Shown: piece after piece, positions 18,757-28,778 of the stretch | How positions within the stretch are numbered: the stretch's first letter is position 1 | Layout of the letters: every line of letters begins with the position of its first letter | Virus record (IMG/VR): IMGVR_UViG_3300032240_001872 | Span: 1-64,000 of that record | DNA length: 64,000 nt | Direction: 5' to 3' (one strand) | DNA from: a virus | The notes under the pieces: model-generated | Database searches by the model: none | What the model was told of the DNA's origin: nothing | What the model saw: the letters and a program-made list of their open reading frames with translations, nothing else | Position numbers and translations under genes: made by a program

Positions 18757-21700
18757 ATGAACGAATTAATTGAATACATTGTAATTGTACACAACATTGA
18801 AGACAAGCCGGCACTACACGACGAAATTATAAATTCCGGCGGTAGCGAATGCGTGCCTGATCGAGCTGTTGATTGCTGTTTAAATCCAACTGCCAGTCGT
18901 TCCACTCATTACATGATGACTGAAGCAGAAGCTGAATTATTAAGGCAAGATCCAAGGGTGTGGGAAATAACTAGAACCATGAAGGATTTAGGAATCGAAG
19001 CTGTACCTGCTGGCGGTTACACACAAACTTCTAATTTATGGAGTAGAGGTTATACAACTGCTCAAGGAGACAACAATTGGGGCATCTTAAGGGCAGTGGA
19101 AGGTGTTCAAAGATTTCAGTGGGGAAGTGACAGTCCTCAACAATTATTCGATGTATCAGCAACTGTGAATATTCCATTTAGCGGCACTAACGTTGACGTA
19201 GTAATTGTAGATGGCCACGCTGATCCGGCGCACCCAGAGTACGCGGTTAACTCGGATGGTAGTGGTGGGAGTCGGTATAATCAATTTAACTGGTTAAGTC
19301 TTAGTAACGGACTTTGGGGATCGACTAACGGCAATTACATATACACCCCATATCGTCAATCCCAAGGAGCGACCGTGGCCTTAGAATCCAACAATATGCA
19401 CGGTTCTCACGTCGCTGGCATTGCATGTGGTAATACTAACGGTTGGGCAAGGAGCGCCAACATCTACAACATATATCCATATGGCAATGATAGCAATGCT
19501 TTTAACTTTACCACTAATCAGTTTATTAACGGATACTTTTTTGAGTACATAAAATATTGGCACCAGAACAAGGCGGTTAACCCTGCGACTGGTACTAGAA
19601 ATCCGACCATTATAAACAACAGTTGGGTCATTCAAAAAGTTATTGATATATCTACTATCAGTTCGGTTACCTACAGAGGAATTACTTACACAGCACCGTC
19701 GGGCGGATTTAGTGTAGCTACCCTTAATGGTTATGGTTTTCCAACTTATAGTAATACTCAGGTTAGAATACTATACCGATATCCTGCATATGAATCACAA
19801 TTACAAGACTGTATTAATGCAGGAATCATAGTAGTCAGTGCCGCTGGTAATTATTCTACAAAGATAGCCAGAGACGATCAATCTACAACTGATCCTGATT
19901 ATAATAATAGTCTTGTAACTTCTGGAACGACATATTACTATAATAGAGGAACATTTACTACAGTTTCTAATGGTATTGTAGTTGGTGCTCTAAGTTCTTC
20001 CTACATTGATATCAAATCAGGATATTCTGAAACAGGTCCTAGAATCGATGTATGGTCTCCTGGTTCTTACATTACAAGCTCAGTTTTTAATAATACCACC
20101 TACAGCGGCGCTGTTGCTGACACTAGAAATAGCAATTACTATCAGGTTAAGATTAACGGAACATCAATGGCAAGCCCGCAGGTCACAGGACTGTTAGCAT
20201 GTTTGTTAGAGTTATTCCCAACAACTACTCAAGCAGATGCACAACAGTACTTAATCGACCACGGTAAAGAAGGCACTATGCAGGACGGCGGTTATAACGT
20301 TGTCAACCCGCTATACGACACCGGACTACTTCAAGGTGCACCAAATAGAACCTTGTATGCATATTGGCCGCCTGCGCCTACTGCAACTGTGGCATTGCCT
20401 TCAACAACTATCAAAACAGACACTGTGGCAAAATTTACTCCCGTAGTAGGATCAGGCGGAGTAGGACAATTGGTTTATACCATCAGTCCTGCTCTGCCCT
20501 TAAGTTCCTTAGATGGTACTGCACAATGTTGGATTGAAGCAATAGCCGGAAGAACTGATGTAGCCTACTTTCATTTAGTATCTGCAACGCCAGTCGATAA
20601 CTTTAAAGTAGGAGACGGAATCTTTGGAGCAGGGATAACAGATGGTTCAGTGTTACAATTTCCAACAGATTCAGGCAAGCTAACCTGGACCATCTCGCCA
20701 GGTTATACTTCTAACGTAGGTAGTGCTGGTAGTCCAGTTTACTTTGATACAGGCTTACATATTAATAATAAGACTGGCGAAATTACAGGAAGAACTGTGA
20801 GAACTCAAGTGTCGACTACTTATACTGTTACAGTTACAGGAGGAGGCGTGTCAGCGACTGCACAGTTTTCTTTAGCGATCACTCCAGGTTCGTCATATGG
20901 TATCACACGTAATGTAGCCTACGGATCTGATGCGATACAACAATGTGACTTCTGGGAAGTGCAGAGTGGTACCCCAAAAGGAGTTATCGTTTGGGTTCAC
21001 GGTGGCGGATGGGTAGGGGGTGCCAAAGGACCTGTCGGGTTTACAACAAGTCAGGGGGGCAACTGGATTAATGATGAAGATCAAATAAGACAACTGGTAC
21101 AGAAAGGCTATTATGTTGTTAACTGCAATTATCGATTGGCTACAACTGATACTAATTATATTCCTACAGGTGGTAGTAGTACCGCTAACTATCATCCAGC
21201 CGGCGCTGATGATATCGAAACTATCATAAGATTTTGTACGACCGCCAACGCCGGGTCTAGTTATAGTTCAGTATGGAATACAATTTCAGCTAGAGCCAAC
21301 ACCTATGGACTCATCATTGCTGGAGAAAGTGCAGGCGGACACTTGGTAGCTTATGCTGGTATGAAGTATATCAATGATTACGGACAAGGTCCTATCACTG
21401 CTATTTGCCCAGTAGTAGGTCCTATGGATTTAGACCATGTAACACTGGAAAATATTGGGCCAACGAACATAACTCAGACTGCTAAGGATATAGTTAATAA
21501 TTATGTAAACGCTGTTAATAATAGTACAGCGTTACAAGCGGCTTCACCTAGATACAAGTATGGATCTCTGGCAAGTCCTGGACCATGGCGTACTGCTGTA
21601 AAAAATTCTGGTGTGAAATTTATTTTTGTAAACAACATCAATGATACATTAGTTCCGTCAATTCTCACTGACAATTTCATTAACACTCTACAATCAGAAT

Positions 21701-23115
21701 TAGGAAATAATAGAGTTAAGTATATCAAACTAGATGAAGGTGGCGATTGGGCGGCGGCCAATATTGCATATCCCAATCATAATTTAACCAGCGCGATTTC
21801 AACTATTGCAGAAACAGTAGCGGCGCTTGGTAATATAATAACGCCGTCAGTATTAGTTACATCAAAAATCATCACAGCAGGACAAGCGACATCATTTACT
21901 CCAGTAACCTTCGTTGGCGGTGCAGGAACTGTCACGTATAGCATAAACCCAAGTCTTCCAGCAGGGATGAGTTTTAATACCTCCAATGGTGCTATTACTG
22001 GAACACCTAGTGCGTTTTCACAAACCACTACATATACAGTTACAGGAACGGATTCGGCCAGTAATACAGCATCTGGTACGTTTACCTTATTGGTTCAGTC
22101 CGCGCCGTCAGTAGGCGGAACAACTCCAGTGAATCATAACGATTGGAACGCATTACACAACAAAGTTGCAACGGTGCTTGGAGCCCCTGATGGTTCCATA
22201 GTCGACTTAGGGTGGAATCAGGGTATTATAAGCGGTATCGTAAATACCAATGACACGATCACCGGTATTGAATACGATCAGATTGCTCAAGACGTTGACG
22301 TTTGCTATCAACACATTGCCAATACAAGATATCAACCTCCATCTAGAGTACCAGTTACTGAAAAGTATCATGTTACACAGTCAGACTATACAGGTCTAAG
22401 TGCGGCTGTTGACTACTGTTATGCAAATAGAACTACAGTTTCTCCGACCAAATTAACTGCATCTTCATGGACTGCACATAGCGGTAATATAACATGGACT
22501 TTGATCCATGGATTTGGTTATCAGATTGATTTCGCAGATAATGCCGCCTTTAGAAGTTTTTGGAACGCGGGCGGGACTATATCTTGGAATTTTGGATTCG
22601 TTCCCACAGCATCTCCTCCATTCGCTCCTATTAATCAAAATTGGGTAGATTTGTTAAGTGGTATTGGTACCTTTACACTTTCTAGAAATTCTTTTACTCA
22701 AACTGGGCAAGTTACCGGTTATAATGCTACTATATATTCGAACGTGTCTTCCGGAGTCTATGGCGGAAATATGTTAGTAAATCCAGACCCAATATCCAAT
22801 CCTGGAACAGCATTGTCTATGAAATGTTTTGGTGGCGACCCAAATTATACCAGTAGTTATATAGAAATGTGGCTCGGTCTGGATAGTAGTAATTTGCTTG
22901 CCGCGAAATCTATTTGGGTCGTTTCTGCAGTAGTTACTGCCCACACTGGATTAGGTGGCTCTAATAACTACACCTCTGATGGTAATTTAAGCCTATCACA
23001 AACCACTAGATATCCATTCAATATTCAACAGGTTGGTCAGAGCCATGCGTATAATTACACTGACGGCGTCAGAACTAACGCTCTAAGCTACCCAGGAATA
23101 CAGCCGTCATTTTAA
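18757..23115 (+). CDS. Multidomain protein: S8 protease + Ig-like repeats + alpha/beta hydrolase + virion domain (copy 3)
   Basis: ATG 18757 after AAGGA. S8 motifs VIVDG, HGSHVAG, AAGN, GTSMASPQV. Ig-like YSINPSLPAGMSFNTSNGAITGTP. Esterase motifs WVHGGGW, NYRL, GESAGG, NDTLVP, H. C-terminus has WNALHNKVATVLG, FRSFWNAGG and DPNYTSS. Confidence 0.85.
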   Translation: MNELIEYIVIVHNIEDKPALHDEIINSGGSECVPDRAVDCCLNPTASRSTHYMMTEAEAELLRQDPRVWEITRTMKDLGIEAVPAGGYTQTSNLWSRGYTTAQGDNNWGILRAVEGVQRFQWGSDSPQQLFDVSATVNIPFSGTNVDVVIVDGHADPAHPEYAVNSDGSGGSRYNQFNWLSLSNGLWGSTNGNYIYTPYRQSQGATVALESNNMHGSHVAGIACGNTNGWARSANIYNIYPYGNDSNAFNFTTNQFINGYFFEYIKYWHQNKAVNPATGTRNPTIINNSWVIQKVIDISTISSVTYRGITYTAPSGGFSVATLNGYGFPTYSNTQVRILYRYPAYESQLQDCINAGIIVVSAAGNYSTKIARDDQSTTDPDYNNSLVTSGTTYYYNRGTFTTVSNGIVVGALSSSYIDIKSGYSETGPRIDVWSPGSYITSSVFNNTTYSGAVADTRNSNYYQVKINGTSMASPQVTGLLACLLELFPTTTQADAQQYLIDHGKEGTMQDGGYNVVNPLYDTGLLQGAPNRTLYAYWPPAPTATVALPSTTIKTDTVAKFTPVVGSGGVGQLVYTISPALPLSSLDGTAQCWIEAIAGRTDVAYFHLVSATPVDNFKVGDGIFGAGITDGSVLQFPTDSGKLTWTISPGYTSNVGSAGSPVYFDTGLHINNKTGEITGRTVRTQVSTTYTVTVTGGGVSATAQFSLAITPGSSYGITRNVAYGSDAIQQCDFWEVQSGTPKGVIVWVHGGGWVGGAKGPVGFTTSQGGNWINDEDQIRQLVQKGYYVVNCNYRLATTDTNYIPTGGSSTANYHPAGADDIETIIRFCTTANAGSSYSSVWNTISARANTYGLIIAGESAGGHLVAYAGMKYINDYGQGPITAICPVVGPMDLDHVTLENIGPTNITQTAKDIVNNYVNAVNNSTALQAASPRYKYGSLASPGPWRTAVKNSGVKFIFVNNINDTLVPSILTDNFINTLQSELGNNRVKYIKLDEGGDWAAANIAYPNHNLTSAISTIAETVAALGNIITPSVLVTSKIITAGQATSFTPVTFVGGAGTVTYSINPSLPAGMSFNTSNGAITGTPSAFSQTTTYTVTGTDSASNTASGTFTLLVQSAPSVGGTTPVNHNDWNALHNKVATVLGAPDGSIVDLGWNQGIISGIVNTNDTITGIEYDQIAQDVDVCYQHIANTRYQPPSRVPVTEKYHVTQSDYTGLSAAVDYCYANRTTVSPTKLTASSWTAHSGNITWTLIHGFGYQIDFADNAAFRSFWNAGGTISWNFGFVPTASPPFAPINQNWVDLLSGIGTFTLSRNSFTQTGQVTGYNATIYSNVSSGVYGGNMLVNPDPISNPGTALSMKCFGGDPNYTSSYIEMWLGLDSSNLLAAKSIWVVSAVVTAHTGLGGSNNYTSDGNLSLSQTTRYPFNIQQVGQSHAYNYTDGVRTNALSYPGIQPSF

Positions 23116-23128
23116 TTAAAGGCGCAAA

Positions 23129-23470
23129 ATGGATGAAAGATTAGTCAAGGCATTAGAACATGCTGATTATCGACAGACTCTTGGTATTGAAAGACAGCGG
23201 TTAAAAGACAAAGCTCACGCAGATCTTATCATAGGCTACAATGGTGGCATGTTTACTGTTGATCGAACACTTATTGGATTTGTAACAGCTATCAAAGAAT
23301 ACGGATCTGCTGTTATTTTAGATGACAACGGATATCCAGTTGAAATTGAAGACCTAGATGAATTCCAAGCAAGGGTAGTTGGTACATATTTTGAAGTTAC
23401 CAACAAATACCTAACAGACTATAACGAAATCAAACAAAAAAGATCTGCGGCAAAATTGGTGGATTTATGA
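23129..23470 (+). CDS. Hypothetical protein
   Basis: Clean ORF, MDERLVKALEHADYRQTL..., coupled (ATGA) to the first glycosyltransferase-like gene. Confidence 0.75.
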   Translation: MDERLVKALEHADYRQTLGIERQRLKDKAHADLIIGYNGGMFTVDRTLIGFVTAIKEYGSAVILDDNGYPVEIEDLDEFQARVVGTYFEVTNKYLTDYNEIKQKRSAAKLVDL

Positions 23471-24297
23471 ACCAAGGTTGTTGTATATTTGCCTACGACG
23501 GCGATATAGCCTACGGCACTCAAGCGGCTCTGTCAGCTCGGTTAGTTAAGAAATATCTTAATATACCTGTTAGTCTTATAACAGATGAAGATACTTCGAA
23601 GCGGGTTGATCACAGTATTTTTGATCAAATCATTATAACTGAAATAGAAGACACAGGTAACTCACGTATGCTGTCCGGAGAAGCCATTGCTTTTAAAAAC
23701 ACCAACAGAAATAAAATCTACGATCTTACTCCGTATGATCGTACACTATTAATCGACAGTGATTTTTTAGTATTCAGTAATCGTCTAAAAGATTATTTAG
23801 ATAGTGGTTACAATTTTATGATATGCGAAAACATGAAAGATCTATGCCCCAATAGACCCGGAAGTAAAGTCACGTTCGGTCCAGCAAGTCTTCGCATGCT
23901 GTGGGCAACAAATATTATATTCAACAAAACTCCCGAAAATAAAATTCTTTTTGATCTAGTAGAACACATTCGCGAAAACTGGGAATGGTATGGAGTGCTT
24001 TATCATTTTGATACCAGGAGATTCCGTAACGACTATGCATTTACAGTAGCATGTCATATTATGGGAGGATTTGGCGCTGATCAATATTATATAGCCTTGC
24101 CTAGTCCCATATTGTTTAATGATCAAGATTCATTAGTTGGTAAGAAGGCCGTGGAAAAAATAATAGCTAAAAAAGATCTAACATGGATTGTTGGGGAGCA
24201 AAACATATTAGTTAAAACGCAAAATCAAGATATTCACATGATGAACAAACTAGATTTACTGAAAAAAATAGATACATTTTTAAATTTATATGATTGA
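23467..24297 (+). CDS. GT-A fold glycosyltransferase-like protein
   Basis: LTPYDRTLLIDSDFL DxD motif, FRNDYAF, HMMNK. Paralog of the next gene. Confidence 0.7.
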   Translation: MNQGCCIFAYDGDIAYGTQAALSARLVKKYLNIPVSLITDEDTSKRVDHSIFDQIIITEIEDTGNSRMLSGEAIAFKNTNRNKIYDLTPYDRTLLIDSDFLVFSNRLKDYLDSGYNFMICENMKDLCPNRPGSKVTFGPASLRMLWATNIIFNKTPENKILFDLVEHIRENWEWYGVLYHFDTRRFRNDYAFTVACHIMGGFGADQYYIALPSPILFNDQDSLVGKKAVEKIIAKKDLTWIVGEQNILVKTQNQDIHMMNKLDLLKKIDTFLNLYD

Positions 24298-25150
24298 TAA
24301 ACTTTTAGACAAAGGCTATTTTATGATAGCCAATAGTACCAAAGAAACCAACTATATAAGATTGGCCTATGTTACTGCGTTGACTATAAAATTGACTCAG
24401 CCAGACGGATATAATAATGTAAGCATAGCCACCACCCATGTACAAAATGCACAATCTTTAAAGTTGTCTTGGGTTTTTGATAGCATCATTGATTACGAAG
24501 GTCCTAAAGGTATGAACGCAAGATCACGTGCTTACGAACATACTCCTTATAAAGAAACAGTATTCATTGATAGCGATTTCCTTTTCCTCAATGATGTGAG
24601 CCACTGGTGGCCGTACATGCAGAAACACGATTTATGGTGTGCTACTCGTCCTATGACATTCCGAGGTGAGACAATGACCAGCAAATATTATCGGCAAGCG
24701 TTTGTTGATAATAATTTACCAGATTTTTATTCGGGATGGCTCTATTTTAAACAGAGTAGGGAAACATCTAAATTTTGGGATATCATGCGAGCGTTAACTG
24801 ACTACCCAGAAACATGGAAAGATCAATTAACTGGTTGCAATTTTGAAAGTATTCCTACAGACGAAGCATGCGCCCTAGCCGCCAAAATGTTAGACATAGT
24901 AGAAGACATGAGCGATCCTAAAATGCCGTTTCCTAGATTTACTCACATGAAACCAAAAAGTCAAGGGTTTGTCGATGGCGTTAATTGGCCGGACTACATT
25001 GCCTTTTATTATAACAAAGATTTTAATGTAAAAATAGGACCATATCATCAACAAGATATTTTGCATTATACCAAGAAAGATCTAATAAGCGATGGCTTGA
25101 TTAACATGTTAGAGGAGAAAGTATGGAACAAGTACAAAGATATTATGTAA
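24290..25150 (+). CDS. GT-A fold glycosyltransferase-like protein
   Basis: HTPYKETVFIDSDFLF DxD motif, YSGWLYFK, PTDEA, FTHMK. Confidence 0.7.
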   Translation: MIDKLLDKGYFMIANSTKETNYIRLAYVTALTIKLTQPDGYNNVSIATTHVQNAQSLKLSWVFDSIIDYEGPKGMNARSRAYEHTPYKETVFIDSDFLFLNDVSHWWPYMQKHDLWCATRPMTFRGETMTSKYYRQAFVDNNLPDFYSGWLYFKQSRETSKFWDIMRALTDYPETWKDQLTGCNFESIPTDEACALAAKMLDIVEDMSDPKMPFPRFTHMKPKSQGFVDGVNWPDYIAFYYNKDFNVKIGPYHQQDILHYTKKDLISDGLINMLEEKVWNKYKDIM

Positions 25151-25686
25151 AGTTTGATTCTTCTACATTAGAAATTAAGTCAATGGGGCAACATTATACA
25201 GAAGAGCCCGGATGTTCTATACTAGAGGTTGATTGGAATTTAATAAAACCATTTTTTGTTGATTTTAAAAACCTATATGAGTTCTATCCTCTAATTGAAA
25301 ATGAAAAAATTACAGGATTTAGACGTAAGCGCATGTTCATGAGTCAATTGGTTAAAAATGACGACTTAGAAACAGTTAAATCCTTAAGACCTTATGAAAA
25401 TTTTATTGCAGACTGTGCAATAATAGCTTTGCTAGATAACAACGTTTTAAAATTGCATTACGATAAAGATCATTTTGACAGTCTTACCAATCAAGAAAAT
25501 ATTGAAAGATTGACATTAGTTAAAGGAGTAATGTATAATATACATATTACAGAAAAGGGTAATCCTTATTGTTTGTATGACTGTCAAGAAATACAAGTAG
25601 ACGACTTAATAGAAGGAATACCAATTTTATTACCATATACAGGGCCAACACCTATTTCAGTTTATGTCTCTACTAAAAATCAATGA
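25123..25686 (+). CDS. Hypothetical protein
   Basis: In-operon ORF with a GAGGAG SD. No motif recognised. Confidence 0.7.
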   Translation: MEQVQRYYVKFDSSTLEIKSMGQHYTEEPGCSILEVDWNLIKPFFVDFKNLYEFYPLIENEKITGFRRKRMFMSQLVKNDDLETVKSLRPYENFIADCAIIALLDNNVLKLHYDKDHFDSLTNQENIERLTLVKGVMYNIHITEKGNPYCLYDCQEIQVDDLIEGIPILLPYTGPTPISVYVSTKNQ

Positions 25687-26539
25687 ACTAGATTGCGTGT
25701 TCATCTCTTATGATGAACCAAATGCAGAACTAAACTATGCCAAGTTGCTATATGAAGCTCCGTGGGCAAAACGTGTTCACGGAGTTAAAGGTAGTGATGC
25801 TTGCCACAAGGCTGCGGCCAACCTGAGCGAAACAGAGTGGTTTGTTACTGTGGACGCAGACAATATTGTTAATCCTAAGTTTTGGGATTTAGAAATTGAG
25901 TTAGACAATTATCCAAATGCACAGGCATTTAACTGGCCAGGTCGCAATAACATCAACGGCTTGCGTTACGGCAACGGCAGTCTCAAGGCATGGCGTAAAG
26001 ACTTTGTGCTTAATATGAAAACACACGAGGCCGCAGAGGAAGACAAAGGTCAGGTAGACTTTTGTTGGGAAGCTGGTTATTATCCGCTTACTGTTAGTTA
26101 CTCAGATACGATTATAAACACAACTCCATTACAAGCATGGCGAGCAGGATTTCGTGAAGGTGTAAAGATGTGTTTAGATCGCGGCATACGATTAGAACAA
26201 GGCAAGAACGCTAAGGAAGTCATATGGTGGGAGAACCTACATAGGCTAAAGCAGTGGCTCACGTTGGGTATACATGCTGATCAAGGTGCGTGGGCAATAG
26301 TCGGTGCGTGGCAAGGCGTTTACCTTACTATGTGTACTGATTGGGACATTACCAATGTCCGAGATTTTGAAGTACTAAATGAAATGTTTAGTAGAATAGC
26401 CGGCATAGATCCCTTAGAACTAATTCAAATGTATCAAATAAAAACAAAAGATTTTATCAGTGTGCCTGTACTCAATGCAGATACAAGCGCCTATGTAGTT
26501 AACACCTTTGACGAATTTTACAGGCTCAATCGTGTATGA
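25664..26539 (+). CDS. Glycosyltransferase-like protein (GT2-like, DxD)
   Basis: FISYDEPNAE, RVHGVKG...H, VTVDADN, YGNG, AWRAGFREGVK. Confidence 0.65.
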   Translation: MSLLKINELDCVFISYDEPNAELNYAKLLYEAPWAKRVHGVKGSDACHKAAANLSETEWFVTVDADNIVNPKFWDLEIELDNYPNAQAFNWPGRNNINGLRYGNGSLKAWRKDFVLNMKTHEAAEEDKGQVDFCWEAGYYPLTVSYSDTIINTTPLQAWRAGFREGVKMCLDRGIRLEQGKNAKEVIWWENLHRLKQWLTLGIHADQGAWAIVGAWQGVYLTMCTDWDITNVRDFEVLNEMFSRIAGIDPLELIQMYQIKTKDFISVPVLNADTSAYVVNTFDEFYRLNRV

Positions 26540-27233
26540 TATAATTTTTATTAGTTACGGAGAACCAAACGCTGAGGACAACTATCAGCGGGTTAAATCA
26601 CGATTTCCTTTAGTAAAGCGTGTTAAGGATGTTAAAGGAATACATCAAGCACACGTGGCGGCCGCCCGTAAGAGCTTTACTGAAATGTTTTGGGTCGTCG
26701 ACGGCGATGCTCATATTCTAGATTCTTTCAACTTTGATTATAAAGTACCCGAATGGGATTTAGAATGTGTGCATGTGTGGCGCAGTCGAAACCCGCTTAA
26801 TAACTTAGAATATGGCTACGGCGGAGTTAAACTGTTACCTAAAAAACTCACGATAAAAATGGATATATCAAAACCAGATATGACAACCAGCATCAGCACC
26901 AAGTTTAAAGCCATGGAAGAAGTTAGTAATATCACAGCATTCAATACAGATGCATTTAGTACTTGGCGAAGTGCTTTTAGAGAGTGTGCCAAACTCTCTA
27001 GCAAAGTTATCGATGGCCAAGTAGATACAGAAAGCGAAGCTAGGTTATATTTTTGGTGTCAGTTAAACACACATGTTCCGTTTGGAGCGCAAGGCTATGC
27101 AGGGGCGCTGTCTGGCAGAAAATTTGGCCTCGAGAACGTAGCTGAAATAAGTAAGATTAACAATTACGAATGGTTAAAAGAACAATATGAACTGGCTTAT
27201 AAGAATATTAACGACTCCCTGGCGCTGGTATAA
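26532..27233 (+). CDS. Glycosyltransferase-like protein, paralog of 25664-26539
   Basis: Likely GTG start at 26532. FISYGEPNAE, VKGIHQAH, WVVDGDA, YGYGG, TWRSAFRECAK. Confidence 0.65.
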   Translation: MYDIIFISYGEPNAEDNYQRVKSRFPLVKRVKDVKGIHQAHVAAARKSFTEMFWVVDGDAHILDSFNFDYKVPEWDLECVHVWRSRNPLNNLEYGYGGVKLLPKKLTIKMDISKPDMTTSISTKFKAMEEVSNITAFNTDAFSTWRSAFRECAKLSSKVIDGQVDTESEARLYFWCQLNTHVPFGAQGYAGALSGRKFGLENVAEISKINNYEWLKEQYELAYKNINDSLALV

Positions 27234-27288
27234 AACTCGCCAACATATTAAAGAATTGCGTAAGCGCGACCCATTTATCTACAAATGA
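27187..27288 (+). CDS. 33-aa peptide ending RDPFIYK (not in ORF track)
   Basis: MNWLIRILTTPWRWYKTRQHIKELRKRDPFIYK. It fills the gap between genes and its TGA overlaps the carbamoyltransferase ATG (ATGA). Confidence 0.7.
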   Translation: MNWLIRILTTPWRWYKTRQHIKELRKRDPFIYK

Positions 27289-28778
27289 TTACTTGGGGGA
27301 TATCAGCTAACAGTCATAATGCGGCAGTTGCTGTGTTTGCTAATGAACGACTGGTATTTGCTTCTGAAACAGAAAGATGGAGCGGAATTAAAAACGATCC
27401 AGACCTCGATAAAGATCTAATATACGATTTACATTATAAGGGTCTTACACCAGATCAAGTAGTTTGGTACGAGCGGCCATTAGTTAAAACTTTTAGACAA
27501 CTCGAGGCAGGACAAGGTTGGCGCTACAAAGAAAACAACATAAAAAGATATCTAAAAGAATATCTTCCTAGTACTCCAATAAAATATGTAAGCCATCACA
27601 AGAGTCATGCCGCAGGCGGCTACCATACCAGTGGGTTTAATAGTGCATGCATCGTTGTCATAGATGCAATTGGAGAATATGAGTCTCTTAGCATTTGGTC
27701 TGGCGTAGGAGAAGAATTACATAAAGTTTATAGTTTAGATTATCCTAATAGCATTGGTTTATTTTATAGTGCTATGACACAACGCTGTGGACTAAAACCC
27801 AACGAAGAAGAATATATTCTTATGGGAATGGCCGCATACGGAAATCCTAAAAGACTATGGAAAGAAATGCTTTCCGATTTTATAAGTTTGCCAAATGATG
27901 ACTGGGGACATATCTTCCGTCTCAAGCAAAATCTGCATAGAGGATGCCTAGATTGGAGGCCCGACTTAACTACCGAACAAGATATATTTGATATTGCGGC
28001 GGCTACACAATATATCTATGAAATGATATTTGAAAGAATATTAATGTGTGCCAGTCAAGATGTAGATCTTACGCCTAATCTTGTTATTGCGGGCGGGTGC
28101 GCATTAAACTGTGTAGCTAATCGCCTGGCAGGCAAGTACTTTAACAACGTTTGGATTATGCCTGCGCCCGGGGACAGTGGTAGTGCTATAGGAGCGGTGC
28201 TGGCCGCAAACCCAAATTGGAGGATGCGCACTGGAGAATTTACTCCCTTCCTTGGGCACGATATGGGAAGTCACGTAACTAATCATGAAATAGTGTCCTA
28301 TTTAGAACAACACCAGATATGCGGTGTTGCTAGAGGTCGAGCAGAGTTCGGTCCTCGTGCATTAGGCAATAGAAGTTTGTTAGCCGATCCCCGTGGCAAA
28401 GACATTAAGGAAACAGTAAATGCAATTAAACAACGACAACAATTTAGACCATTTGCTCCCGCAATTTTGGAGGAGCTATGCGACACTTACTTTGATATGC
28501 CTAGCGGTTGGAGTGATAGTAGGTATATGCAAGTCGTCGCTCGCTGTAGGGTTCCTGAGCTATTTCCTGCTATCGTTCATGCTGACGGGACTTCTCGTGT
28601 GCAAACTGTTCCAAAAGACGGAAGCAAGTTTAGAGAACTCTTAGAATTATGGTATGCTCGGACAGGATGTCCTATGTTGTTGAACACCAGCTTAAACATT
28701 AAAGGCAAGCCGATGGTTAATGATGCCAACGATGCGTTAGAATTTCAAAACACCTATAATGTCAAAGTGTTTACGTAG
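27285..28778 (+). CDS. O-carbamoyltransferase (NodU/CmcH/TobZ family)
   Basis: HHKSHAA, DAIGE, MGMAAYG, AGGCALN, PGDSG, RAEFGPRALGNRS, FRPFAP, LNTSLN. Confidence 0.95.
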   Translation: MITWGISANSHNAAVAVFANERLVFASETERWSGIKNDPDLDKDLIYDLHYKGLTPDQVVWYERPLVKTFRQLEAGQGWRYKENNIKRYLKEYLPSTPIKYVSHHKSHAAGGYHTSGFNSACIVVIDAIGEYESLSIWSGVGEELHKVYSLDYPNSIGLFYSAMTQRCGLKPNEEEYILMGMAAYGNPKRLWKEMLSDFISLPNDDWGHIFRLKQNLHRGCLDWRPDLTTEQDIFDIAAATQYIYEMIFERILMCASQDVDLTPNLVIAGGCALNCVANRLAGKYFNNVWIMPAPGDSGSAIGAVLAANPNWRMRTGEFTPFLGHDMGSHVTNHEIVSYLEQHQICGVARGRAEFGPRALGNRSLLADPRGKDIKETVNAIKQRQQFRPFAPAILEELCDTYFDMPSGWSDSRYMQVVARCRVPELFPAIVHADGTSRVQTVPKDGSKFRELLELWYARTGCPMLLNTSLNIKGKPMVNDANDALEFQNTYNVKVFT

